From Bilabrum cf. latius (Eukaryota), in assembly GCA_965178125.1 (NCBI GenBank), contig OZ237735.1, forward strand, positions 1,178,001-1,242,000: 64,000 nucleotides of DNA. Reading direction: 5' to 3'. The position numbers were made by a program, and so were the translations under genes. The notes beneath the pieces were generated by a model, which was not told where the DNA came from, did not search any database, and saw only the letters and a program-made list of their open reading frames with translations. Of the stretch, positions 37,754 to 49,805 are shown one piece after another. Numbering within the stretch: the stretch's first letter is position 1; each line of letters begins with the position of its first letter.

Positions 37754-40700
37754 TTAGACTCCCATCATGTCGACCGTTGCCCCGCCAATGCTCCGCATCG
37801 TGGTGGAGGTCACCTGCCGCTGGGCCTGGCTCTGGCTCCCGCTCCCATCCGCCGGCGCGATGCCCCTGCGGTACGAGCGGGGATACGACAGGGAACTCTC
37901 GGAAGAATCGTACCGCATGGCACCACCGTGCCCTGCACCTGCACCTGCACCCGCGCCTGCACCACCCTGCCCTGCACCTGCAGGATACATTGAGGTGGGC
38001 GATCCGATCCGAGACGTCGGAGAGCCGACCCCTCGCCGCGTGGCCTGGCTGGGTCTCATCCTCGTGCCCAGCCCGCTCGCACTCGTCACACCATCACTCG
38101 TCACACCGTCCGAGGGCATCTTACCGGGCATGCCACTTCCACTGTTTCGTCCCGAAGGAGAGAGCAGCGAGCTCGGTGGCACATCGCCCCCCCTTCTTCT
38201 CTCCATTGCATGCAGCATGCTACCGAGGGCCAGTGGATCCGCAGATGGGACAGCCTCCACCCCTGGCACTCTTGGATCCCTCGCAGTGCCTGCCTCCACC
38301 CCGCGCCTCCTCCCGTGACTCGGCACACGGTCTTCATGCAGCAGCTGGACCCCGCTGCGGCTAGTCTCCTCAACACCGCTGCCCATGGCTTCGACCCTGC
38401 TCCTGTTCCTGCTCCTGCTGCTGCTGCTGTCCTCGCCCATGTACCGCAGTCCGGCCTCTTGCCTGTGTGCCCGGCTCGTCTTCCTCTTCCTCCTCCCCCC
38501 TCCCCTGCCATCCCCCTAACTGTTCCCTGCGAGCAGCAGGCACCCCGTCCCCGATGACGAAGATGAGCCGCCGCCGTCCCCTGTGCCATCCCCATCCCCA
38601 CCGCCGCCGGCGCCCACTCGCCCCCTCCTCCTCCTCCTGGACTCGGAATCACCGGTCATGCTGCTGCCCGAAGCGGAACCAGACGGCTGCGTCAGCGCGG
38701 CGCCAGACCCAGACCCAGACCCAGACCCAGACCCAGACCCGACACCGCTCCCGCTCCCGCTGCACCCGCTACAAATCGCCCGAGTCCTGGCTGCTGCCAG
38801 CTCGCGAGCCATGACGACTAGCACCAGACCCAGACCCAGGCGCAGCAGCAGCAGCGGCCATTGGAGCTGGCGCCCATCCAGGACCCGACCGCGGTTCAAT
38901 TCCATGTATTCCATGTACTGCTTCGTCGCCGCCGCTGTTCCTCTCCCCCGATTGCAGCCCCACTGGCAGGCTGGGAGGCACCATGTCAAGCTCGCTCCAC
39001 CCGTCACCTGTGTCCCTGTGGTTGCCAGCACCGCCCCCCTGCCCCCGCCTGCTGCTCGTGCTGCTCTCCTTGGACGTGTACTGCACCCGCAGCAGCCGGG
39101 ACCCGCTCGTCACCTCGTGACTTACGTACCCGCCCTGCCTCCCCCCACCCTTGTTCCCCTTACGACCACGCTGGCGCTGGCGCTGGCGCCTTCGCTCCTC
39201 CTCGGCCTCCTCGCCGGAGCTATCCGAGAAGCTGCCGGATGCAGCGAGCTCCATGGACTTCCGGCCCAGTCCCCTCGAGCTTTCGTGCCTCCCCGGTGCA
39301 TGCCGGCCCCGCTCCAACGCAAGCACCCCATCACGGGGACGGCCCCGTCCCTGTCTCCCCTTTTTGCGTTGCACTATGACGTCACTGCCGCGGCTAGAAT
39401 CCCGCTTCGACTCGGGCGTCTCGGCGGAATTGAACCTCCGCACTGACCCTGACCCGGAGGCTGACCCTGGCTCGAATGCCAGCCCGCTGGGGCGAGAGGA
39501 CTCGGAGCCGGAGAGGGCAGGTGCCTCAGCACCTCTGCATCCCTGCGGTTGGCCCTGGCGAAACCCTCCACGTGGGATAACGGCTCCGAGTCGGGCGTCT
39601 TGAGCACGTCCTCCCTTAGGCCCAGGCGCCTCTGTCTGGATGAAGCGATCGAGGAAGATCGGTCATGATCGGGGTCCTGGTCACGGTCCTGCCAGGCGCC
39701 CTCGGTGGTTTCGGAGGATCCTTGGCCGAACGTCCCCCCACTGCGACTCTTCTGAGCACCAGAGACTCCCAGATCGATCAGGGGCACCAGGAATGCCGGC
39801 TGCCCCTGCCCCTGCCCCCGCCCCTGCCCCTGCCCCTGCCCCTGCCCCGACTCATGGGGGCGAGACTAGCTGTCCTGGTCCGGGTCGCCGGTGGCGTGTG
39901 TGTGACCTGTACCACCATGTGATGCACCCTGCGGACGCCGAGGACCCGTTCGTCGCAACCTTGACCCCTGCGCGGCGCCACCGATGGTTCCGCTCGTGGA
40001 GCCGGTGCTCGGGTCTGAGATCCCAGTCACATCAGCCTCTCTGAATCCCGATCCAGTGCCGGCCCCACTTCCGCTGCTGCTACTGCCCGTGCCGGTGCCC
40101 GTCCCGCTGGACCTCGTGGTGGACCCAGCGACTCCCGCCTCACCTTCATGCGAGCCCTCCCCCTCCCCCTCCCCCTCCTCCTCCTCCTCCTCCTCCTCCT
40201 CCTCCACCACCTCAGTGAGCTCCACCAGCCTGCCGCTGCCCCCGCCCACAGGATCCCTCTGAGCACCGAGGTACTTGACGATGTTCGGGTGGTCCAGCTC
40301 CATGAGCAGCTTGATCTCCTGCTGCAGGGCGCACACGAGCTCCCTCGTCTTCTCGTCCAGGCCCTCCAACAAGGACCCCTCCAGTGCGGAACCTCCGCGC
40401 GCGGCGCCGCCCATGGTAGGACGCCGCCTGGCTCTCCTCCCGGACTCCGTGTTCCTGCGGTAGAGAGGCACCTGCTTGGCTGCCATGGTCCGTCCATCGT
40501 CCTGGTTCAGAGCGTAAAAGACCCTGCCAAACGCGCCCGAGCCGAGCAGCGCGCCCCGCTTCCATGGGACCCTGCCCATTGCCTTCGAGGGGCGCTGGCC
40601 GCTGGCTGGATGAAGAGATGCCAACGGGACGACCCGAGAGGGCAAGACTGTCGGTGCGGGGAGTAGAGAACGCTATGCTGCGCCATTCGGAGACTCGTTC

Positions 40701-40963
40701 GAATCATGCTTCCGAGGCGCTGGTCCGTTGTGAGACCTACTGCTGCCGCTAGGGTGCGATTCACGCAAGCTGATAAGTTGCAGGCTGTCTCCTGGCTGCT
40801 ACCCCGTGCCAGTATCGCAGCTTATACTTGCATCAGATTTCGCTGCAGTTGAGTTCGGCCTCTGGTGTTGCGCCTGGGCGGCAACTTGACTTGTCCCACT
40901 TCCTGTTGCGTTGGTGCTCTTATCCCCTTTACCGTCTGTTGGCTTCGAATTGGGCTGGCCCAT
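37754..40963 (-). pseudogene. MAP3K/MEKK-like kinase gene with N-lobe only and apparent frameshifts
   Basis: ATG 40963 (MGQPNS, myristoylation-like) is reached through TAG. Motifs WKRGALLGSGAFGRVFYALN..MAAKQV and QEIKLLMELDHPNIVKYLG are present, but no HRD/DFG was seen downstream. The low-complexity tail appears to switch frame around 39.5 kb and again around 38.5-38.8 kb. The last frame ends in TAA at 37754. Confidence 0.6.
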
Positions 40964-41958
40964 TGCAAACCCCAAATCGTTTCAGTGAATAGGAATGCGT
41001 TGGTGCTCTTCCACGCTCCTATATCTGGCTTTCGTGGAGAGATGCGCCGTCAATGGCGGTCCACTATCAGGGAGCAGCCAATCAGGCTATACACCGCTTC
41101 GATAAACTGCATCACAGCCCGATAATTTGTTTGATATCTTAAATTCAATAGTCGTACTCAGCTACTACTATATTGTCAACTACGCAAGAGCCTATGCGGA
41201 TTCAGAAGACTGACCCGTCGGTGGACTGGAATCATCCCATTGCAGTGCCGTGGTTTGCCGGGCGGCCCGGGCCGTTGGCGGCCACGCGGGCAGGGTACGA
41301 TTATTTTTCTCCACTCTTCAACAGGTCGACACTTTATATGTACCTTGTGTCTGTCCGCAGAGGGCGTGGTCACCCTAAAGTGCATGCAAATCACCCCTTC
41401 CTTCCGATCGAAAACTGGCAAAGTGTGGAATTGTCGTCTGCGTGGTGCTATTAAGAAACCCCCGCTGCGGCACTATGCGTGGTAAAGACCGCACGACGAC
41501 CTGGTCGTCACGACCAGCGTCGCTGGTCGGGTCGAGCGACTGTTTCGAATAGCACCTTACGTTGAAACGAAAACCAGAATACGCCGCCGATCTTACGCAA
41601 ACCATCGCACATCCTTGCATCATGCAATGTTTGGTGGCCATCATTACTTTGGGTACAATCACGTTTGCAAAACAGCCCGCGCCAGCAAAGGGAAATATCG
41701 TCCAGCTGTTTGAGTGCTTATCGTCGTCGCCTTCCATGTTTCTTATTTAACATTTTGTAAGGTGCTGTGTCGGGACGGGTTTCCGGGTGTACGTCCGGAC
41801 TCTGGACTGGAGCCTCATAGGGCAAGTTTGATTGCTGAACTGTCCCAGCATGCTCGTGTTTGCATCGCTCCTACTTGCGATATGTGTGTTGGCATCTCCG
41901 CCGGCTGTACAGCGCCTCCGTGTTGAGTACTTGACGGAAGATCAAGCAACTGCTGGCA

Positions 41959-44900
41959 TCACTTGCCCGCTTTGCCACTCGTAGCACTGGGTGGGAGGAT
42001 CGGGCACCCTCTATTCCCGAACTTGAACCAGCGCACCTCTCTGTTGAGCGCCACGTTGCCCGCGATGCCGTCCAGCTCCGATCGGGCGGACGCAAGCGCG
42101 GCGTCCCATGAAGTCCCGGTGAACACGACCAGGTTGAAACCTCCAGCCACTGCCGTTCGCTGCAGGTAGTGGCGCCCCATGGCGAGAAGCAGCCGGGTGC
42201 AAGACGTATCCGTACCGCTGGTTTCCTCGATGCATCCCTCTACCGATTTAAGCACCTCGGCTGGCCTGTGCGCGTCAAGCCATTTGACGGCGCACGCCGA
42301 CCTGCGCAAGAGGCCCATTTGTGCCTGCATCCTCAGTCGGTCCGCCTTTTTGACTCCTTTGATTGCATCGTACCAAGGTCCTTTATTTTTTGTCGCGATG
42401 CCGCGTAGGGCCTTTTGCAGACTTACGATGTGGTCACGCAACCTACTGTCGATGTTGCCCGTGTACCCAATGTATTGCTGCGAGGGGAGCGGATCGAAAG
42501 CGAGGACACATAGGAGCGATGAAGCAGCAGACGGGGCGCACCCGCTCTTCCTGTACGAACGGAGGGGGGACCTCACCAGCAATCCATCGCCGATTCGGAT
42601 CAAGATAAAATACGCAAACGCGTCGTCCGTGAGCTCGGAATCGGCCGGCTGCCTCCCAGCCTGCGGTTCCAGCTTTTGCATCGCGTGGCGCACGTGTATC
42701 TGCGATCGAAACGGGATGACAGATCCGTCGGCCCTGCACAGCACTACGCGTAGGCTGCCGCTTCTCGCGATGCCGACTAGGTCCAGCAGGCACAGCCAGG
42801 CGTCGCACGTTGCGGCGAATCGAAAGTCGTCCGAGCGACCCGTGGGTTGTGGTCCAGACGAACCCGACGCCGCCCCCCCTGCTCCTGCTGGTGCATCGAG
42901 TCCGTCCTGCGACTCGACGACCCAGAGCTCTGAGTGTTTTCGCAGCACGCGCCCTATGTCATCGCGCAGCGCAATGAATGAGTCAACCAGCTCCTGCAGG
43001 GCCTGCGCCGGAGACACCGGCTCGGTGCTCTCGTTCCCATTCCGGACCAAAGCATCGTACACGGCATCCGACGGTCCTTCCACGCGTGCATCGCCCTGGA
43101 GGCCTCTTGCAAACGACAGGGTGGCATACCCACGTGCGTGGAGCGTGCTCTAGGCCCCGAGCACCGTAGTCACGGCGAGCTCGGCTCGCTCGACGGCCTG
43201 CTCGGGCACGTCTGCTGAAACGAGCACGGAGCGCGGTGTGTTTTGATCCGGTGCACTTGAGGCACACGCGGCCGAACTAAGCCCGCCCGACGCGCTGCCC
43301 GGACTCGGGCTCTGGACCCCAGGAACGCTCGCGAGCAAAGCAGCGAGGTCTGCTGAGGATGTCATTGCCGCTAGGGTATTTTTGAACGCCGCGAGTGCCG
43401 GTACGAAGCGCGCGCACGCCAGAGCCCCACACGCTCCCGTCCCCTACTGTGCCAGCCGTCTCGCGATTTGGATGACTTCGTCGAAAGCACCACTGAATTT
43501 TTGCCCCACGCGGCTGCCCTTGAATTCGCCTTGGAACGATGGGTTGGCGGCCGCTGCCGCGTACCTGCTTGCGCTCAAAGCGAACTGCCGCACCCGTGGC
43601 TTGCAGGCCTCGGGGAGTAGCAGGCCGCACACGAGCTCGGCAACTCTGACAAATGTGTCGGCTCTGTTGAGATGAAGTGCTTGCCCTTGCAGTGTCTCGT
43701 TGAAGGCAGCCGTTTGGTTTTCCTTCCCCTTCGCTTCGCTCCGCGTTAACTGCGTGATGTCCACCGCCGCTCGGGCCCCGAGCACCCCTCCATGTTGGTG
43801 TGCCCGTTGCCTAGCCAGAACTTTAGCTCGCAGCACCGCCTACGTAGTTGCTTGCAATCCCTCTACCTCATCAAACACATCCACTCGATGATTTTTCCCG
43901 CATCCCCGATCCTTCTCGTCGAACCGAAACAAGCCCTGGCCTAGCCTGGGCCCGCAGACTGCATCACCCGCGAACGAAGCCAGCACTAGCTCCGTCGAGA
44001 TGCCCCGCTCCCCGGAATCGTTCAATCTTGTCGCAAAGTCTCTCAGCTTCCGCATGCTGACAGTCTTGAAGTTTTTAAAGGCATCCTTCTCCTCTGTGGT
44101 GGGCGGCTCGGCATCGTGCTGGTGACTGAGCATGATGTCGAACAGCGTTGCCCTAAACGTAAACCTCCTAAGCATGCACACGAAGGCCCGGTCCAGCTCC
44201 ATTGGCTGGGTTTGGATGCGACCATTACAAGTAGCTAGTGCCCGCGTTTCTTCGTGCTCGATTCGAGCGCCAATCTCCAACTTGTGCGGGGCGTACTACG
44301 CCGGTTGAATCGGCTCGAAGTCTTGGGAGAGGGCGTGCATCGCTCGGGCACTCAGTTCAGTCCTTCCGATGTGTTTCAGGATCGGTGGGCAGTCCGTTGC
44401 GCACGGCTTACGATTCAGCGATTCCTGCATCTGCTGTTCCCGCTCTCGTCTCCATGCCGCAACACTTTCCTCCTTTGTCCGTTTCTGGCGAACCGTCTTC
44501 GTCGTTGCCTCGGCTGGGGTCGACGCTCGCCTGCGTCTCGGCCTCAGGTTCCGACCTTCTTGCACCGCAGCATTCACTGCAGGATTCCCCGCCGCAGCCG
44601 CGCTTGGCAGCCCCTCGAGAACCGGTAGGCCGGAGTGGGCTTTGCTGCCAGAGACTGCGACAGCACCGGGATCTCCAGGGTCGGCACCTGCTCTGTCATC
44701 GTCACCAAACCCGGTCATCAGATCGTCCGCGTTGCCCACTCCCTCGTCGCAGTCGTCCTCGAACCCGCCCCCCACGCCGCCCATGTCCTCTGGCTCAAAG
44801 TGCTGCCACCCCGCCATCGAGTCTGGCTCCTGGCTAGGCATCTCGTCATCGGTTGAAGAGCTGTATCCGGGTAGAAGTTCAGGTATAAGCTGGAGAAGCT

Positions 44901-46458
44901 GGTCTGGCTGGCCTCCATTCTCGATCACAAAGCGTCTCCAGTACGCGATCGCGTCCTCTATCTTGGTGCAGTTGTACTCGGCCTGCAGCGACGCCTCCCG
45001 AAACAGATGGATGCTTGCAGCGTCCAACATGGGCTCCTCCTCATCACCGGCTCTGTCGTCGTCATCGACGAGCGCAACCCCGTGGACACTCTCGGGTGCA
45101 CCAGACCCCGTCTCAGGGGCTGCGGCTCGGTCCGAGTCGCTTCCACGTTCACCGCTTTCGCTGTGGCGCCTGATACCGTCTCTACCTTCATGTCGCCGAC
45201 GTCTGCCCTCTTCCTCCCCCGATCTGTCGTTGCTGGTGCCGCTGCTAAGAGGCCCCGCAGTCAGGGAACCGCTAGAGCCACCAGCATCGGTACCAGGCTG
45301 GGCAGCACCATGGCTCGAGCTATCGGCGCGACCATCCGCGCCAGAGACGCCAGCATAAGCACCAGGAGTGGAGCAAGCAGCAGTACGTCCACCAGCCAGG
45401 ACCCAGGCCGCGTCACCGGCACTCGGGTCGCCAGCACCAGCACCGGGAATGGCGCCAGCTGCACCAGCAGCACCACGGTCACCGGCACCGGCCAGGGCCG
45501 CCTCTTCCCCACCAACGTCTGACCCTGGCTGCCGCCCCCGGCTTCTCAACTTTTGGTCCAAGACCACCCTCATGCGCATCTCCCGAAAGGATGGCTTGGA
45601 TCCGCTGCCGCGCTACTCTTTCTCCCGCTATAGATCCTTTGCTAGCTCTCGAGCCCTCCTGGCGCTGTCCAGGTCCTCCTCTGAGGGGCCCTGCGGGTCG
45701 TACCTTCGACCCCCGGTTGCCCCTGCAAGCTTCGCAGTCTCTTCCAGCAAATACTTCGACTGGTAGTGAAGGCACAGCGAACCCTCCGGATCGGTCTGGA
45801 GCAAAGAGTACCACAGCTCCGAATCTTCGGCGTCACAGAGCTTTAGCCGCTTGCACATGTCATCGAATGCTCCGATGCATAGGTCCGGAACTAGACGCAT
45901 CCACTCAGTCATTTGATACACGCCCGACGCCCGGAGGCGCTGGTCCTAGAGCTGCAGCTTCTCGTCGCACAGCCCCACGACGGTCATCAGCACCTGCTTG
46001 GCCGCTCCTTTGCTCTGCTGGATCGCCTGCCATCGCTCTAGCTTTCTCGCGGTCTAGTCTTCCAAGCCCGCCCGCCTGTTGGTCTCCCCAAAGGCACTCC
46101 AGTCGTTCGTCACCCACCCAGTCAAGACGGTGCTCAAGTACCCGCGCGCCGGGCGAAATCTAGCACCAGCGGTGGCAGCAGCTTGCTCGTGGCCGTCCGA
46201 AGCTAGGTGTGGCGCGGCAGGAGACCAAGGGGCAGCACAGCTGGACGGATTTGCTGCTGCTAGTGCGCCCTCTCGGCCGCTCTGGATGGTCACTTTGGCA
46301 GTGGAACCCGTCGTCTCGACCCCAGAATCCGCGTCATCGACCATGCGCGCGGCACCAGAACCGAGAGCAGGAAGCGGCCTTGGGGTGGGGCTGCCATGGC
46401 TCTGAATCGACCCATCCTCGGAGGCATCTTCGTCTACCGATGCCCACTGCGACACCAT
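41959..46458 (-). CDS. ~1500-aa protein with C-terminal GIY-YIG (SLX1/UPF0213-like) nuclease motif
   Basis: Seven track ORFs (46054, 45628, 44296, 43840, 43444, 43150, 41959) lie in one frame separated only by TAG. TGA at 41959. Motif: LCVL..QQYIGYTGNIDSRLRDH..ATKNKGPW. Confidence 0.7.
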
Positions 46459-46994
46459 AGTTATAGCGTGAAAATAGTTTATAGCGAAAGGTGTGGCGAG
46501 GTGCGTTGCGATGGCACAGCATTGGTTCTTACATCGAGACCCCATTCTTCGTCAGACCCCCAGTACTCTGTACGCGGGCTGGCACCGGGAGAAATTTGAG
46601 CAAGGCCCTGCGAGGCGTGTTATCACGGAGTAAAGAGCCGTGGTGTGTTTGGCTCCCGAAGCGCCGTATTACCCCATCTACAGCGATGGCCGCGGCTCAC
46701 CACTCTCTCGTCCATCGAAGATGATTGCGTTTGACACAAAATCGGTACGGTCTGGTCAGTTGTTCCAACGCAGTGTCCCTGAGGCCGATACAGATCGTCA
46801 CCGCCAGGACCTTTGAGAATCCGAATTGAGCTTTGAAACTACACGCAATAAAATATCAGGAACCTGCTCGCCAGGAATCATTTCGACTGTTTGTCGGTCT
46901 CCGAGCACTGGACCGCGCTGAATCAGTGCCCTATCCGGTACATTCGACCCGCATAGTTCCTATTGGTTTGTTGTCTTGACCGTATCAGCGCTCC

Positions 46995-48219
46995 ATGGAA
47001 CGACACATCGGCCTCCAAGCAGCTACGAGCGCTAGCAGCGAACCCCAGGACCCGATCAAGGCCATCAAGTCGGACGACTACCGCACCAAAATACGCATTT
47101 TAAAGACGCATTTGATCCGCGCAGAGGCAAGCATCGAGGTGCTTGCGCGCCAAAATTCGGTGTTGCAACAGCGGATGGCCCGTCTCGAAACGAGAATGAG
47201 CCAGCTAGGCGCGGTTACGATCGACTCGCAGCTACATTCCGGGGAAACTATGCAAATGTCTCTGAATCCGATGGATGCAGTCCCGAAACGAAGCAAGAAA
47301 CGGGGTAATCCAGTTCTATCAGCGAGCTCTGCATCATCTTCTCGCTCCTCCCGCCTCGGGGGCGAAGAGCAGGAAATGATCGACCCGACGCCTGGCAGTA
47401 GAACCACTCCAAGCAGCGGTCGACTCGATGAAGCCGCCCCAGCCGCACTGGCGGCTGCAGCGCCCCTTGGTCCGGCCACCAGGGCTGCACGCGGCGGCTA
47501 CTAGGCTCTCCCTGCTGGACGCCGGCGCGGCGGGGCTGGTCGAGGGGAGGTCCAAGACACCAGGGGACTGTTGCTTCCACGCGCTCCATCTGCCGAACAA
47601 GCCCCCGCTGCTGCGGCCGTGCTCAAGAGTGAGACTCCGACCGGCCCGCCCCGCCCGTACCCCCGTGCCACATCACCCCCTTGCGCCGCTGCACCGCGTC
47701 CCACGCGCGACTTTGATGCTTTGTCCGTCCCCCACAGTGTACCCTGGGGCCTTCAGGCCGGACATGGTCGAGCTGAAGGTTCCCAAGAAGGGCAGGGCGA
47801 AGTTCTATGTGACCAACGTGGACAATATGCAGCGGTACCAGGCGGGTCCGGACGGGGAATGCATCAACGTCACCGGGAGAACGCTGCTGGATGGTGATGG
47901 ATACGTGGCGCACTGCAAGTTCAAAGGCATCTTTATGAATGACACGGGCAAGCGCTGCTACGCCCCCGTTCCGCCAGGTCTCAAGACCCATCCTCGATGC
48001 TCAGTGCTGACCGCGACCGTGTTCGAGCGCGACAAGCCTCCACAGAGGCTGACGGTCGTCCTGGTGAAGCGGTCTGGATGTGTCAAGCTCACCAAAGAGG
48101 CAAGACGTGGCGATGTTGCACCACTGCCAGGCACGCCGCCCACCGCCGCCGCTGGTGGTGCCAAGGCAAGTACGAGTACGAGGCAGGTGCGAACGTCGGC
48201 GAGGACGGCCGGGCTGTGA
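46995..48219 (+). CDS. Hypothetical protein (N-terminal coiled coil, beta-rich C-terminal exon)
   Basis: ATG 46995, read-through of TAG 47502, then a predicted intron 47629-47737 (gtgaga...cccacag) that joins in frame to the ORF ending at TGA 48217. Confidence 0.55.
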
Positions 48220-48773
48220 GACGCCGCACGACCCCAGTGGCAACTACCGATGACTAGGGTGTACTATGTGGTGCGTGCGAATCTGTTCGTTTGATACTGA
48301 TGATTTCGCGGGCGGGTGAATCGACGTCCAGGAGATTCAATGTGCAGATTTCAACTCGCTCTCGATTTCCGAGCATGTGCCGTGCTGACAATAGAAACTC
48401 CTATTCAAATACAACGCACTAGCGGAGCGGACCGCCTGCATCGTGCGTATCATATCGAGAGGAGCTGCCGGCGCTCGAGGCCTCGGTCGGTTTTGCTCCA
48501 ATCTTGGTCATTGCCGCGCAACACTTCGACACACGCAGAGCTACCAATGCACACACCCATATGCTACTCCGCATGCGCGGTTGAGTGCCAATCACGGACA
48601 GAAAACGAATTGGGTGGCAGTGCGACCGCATTCGTGAAATTGCTCGAATGGTTGCGACCGTCTGCACACTCAGTCGTCGATGTTTCCATTTAAGCTTGGA
48701 CAGCGAAGCAGACGCGACTTGCGCGCTCCTCTGGGTGTGATCGAATCGTTCTTGCTCGGCAGCCGCGCCTGCC

Positions 48774-49406
48774 ATGTCTGAAAGCCACCCGAAGACAGCA
48801 ACAGCGATGGTATGCTCGGTGTGTTTGAAGGTGCTAGACCAATCGCAGAACCCACCGCCCGCCGCTTTCGAGGCGACCTGTGGCCACATTTTCTGCGAAT
48901 CATGCAACACGGACACCAAATATGCATGCGAGGGGTGCAGGGATGACAGCAGGACGGTGCGGAGGATGTTTGAACCAAACGCCGGCGTATCCTCCCGGGA
49001 CCAAAGTTGCCTGGACGCCAGAGACTACTCGATCGAGAAGCCTCGATCATTTGCAGGCATATCCGCTGATGCTCTCAAGGACAAGCCAGACCAAGAGGCT
49101 ACGAGTAGCGTCCAGAAGTCACGCCCCCCGTCGACGGTGACAGACGCTAGGTACGCCGCCGCCAAAGATCACGCCAAGAACGAAAGGCGCGACCACGCGA
49201 ACCTACTCGAAGATGTGGTGGAGCGTCTTCTCGATCGCGCGTGCCGGGCAGAGAGCGAGTTGCGCAAGGCGCAAGAAGAGCTACGCCAGGAACGGGCAGC
49301 GCATAAAGTGGCGCGGCGGAGCAATGAGGTGGCTGACCTCGAAAGCACCGTGGTGTTCAAGGATGGGAAGGTTGGAGACAAGCGGGGCAGGAAGACTAGC
49401 CCCTGA
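48774..49406 (+). CDS. RING-HC finger protein with C-terminal coiled coil
   Basis: CSVC...ATCGHIFCESC...CEGC (C3HC4 pattern), then ESELRKAQEELRQE. TGA stop. Confidence 0.8.
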   Translation: MSESHPKTATAMVCSVCLKVLDQSQNPPPAAFEATCGHIFCESCNTDTKYACEGCRDDSRTVRRMFEPNAGVSSRDQSCLDARDYSIEKPRSFAGISADALKDKPDQEATSSVQKSRPPSTVTDARYAAAKDHAKNERRDHANLLEDVVERLLDRACRAESELRKAQEELRQERAAHKVARRSNEVADLESTVVFKDGKVGDKRGRKTSP

Positions 49407-49805
49407 AATGTATCATTGACTGCAAGATTTCTACCAAAAATTGCAAAGCAAACAGACACGATCAATCTCGCTCACGCCTCAAAGTTCGAGAGGGCCCCTG
49501 TCAGCCGAGCCAAACTTCCGACCCTTGCCCCTCCGGAGCATCCACTGCAGCTGCACCAGCAGCACACTCCGCTCCACCTCTCCAGCCAGATGACCGGCCG
49601 CCTCCTCCACGTCCTGCGCGTCCAACTGGAGCAGAGCATCCGCGCACAGCTGCGTGAGCCTCCTTCACGCCTGCCCTGGTACGGAGCAAAGCAGCAGATG
49701 CTCTGCACGCTCCCGGTATCTCTCGTGTCAAAGAACCCCAGCATCAGCCTATCGTACTTGCTGGCCAGCCACTTCAGGTTGGCAATCGTCAGCTTGGCGG
49801 GGGTG

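Noticed and set aside
40964-48773. tRNA-Gln(CUA) suppressor gene in the longer spacers
   Set aside because: No convincing cloverleaf or A/B boxes by eye; tRNAscan-SE would be needed to exclude it.
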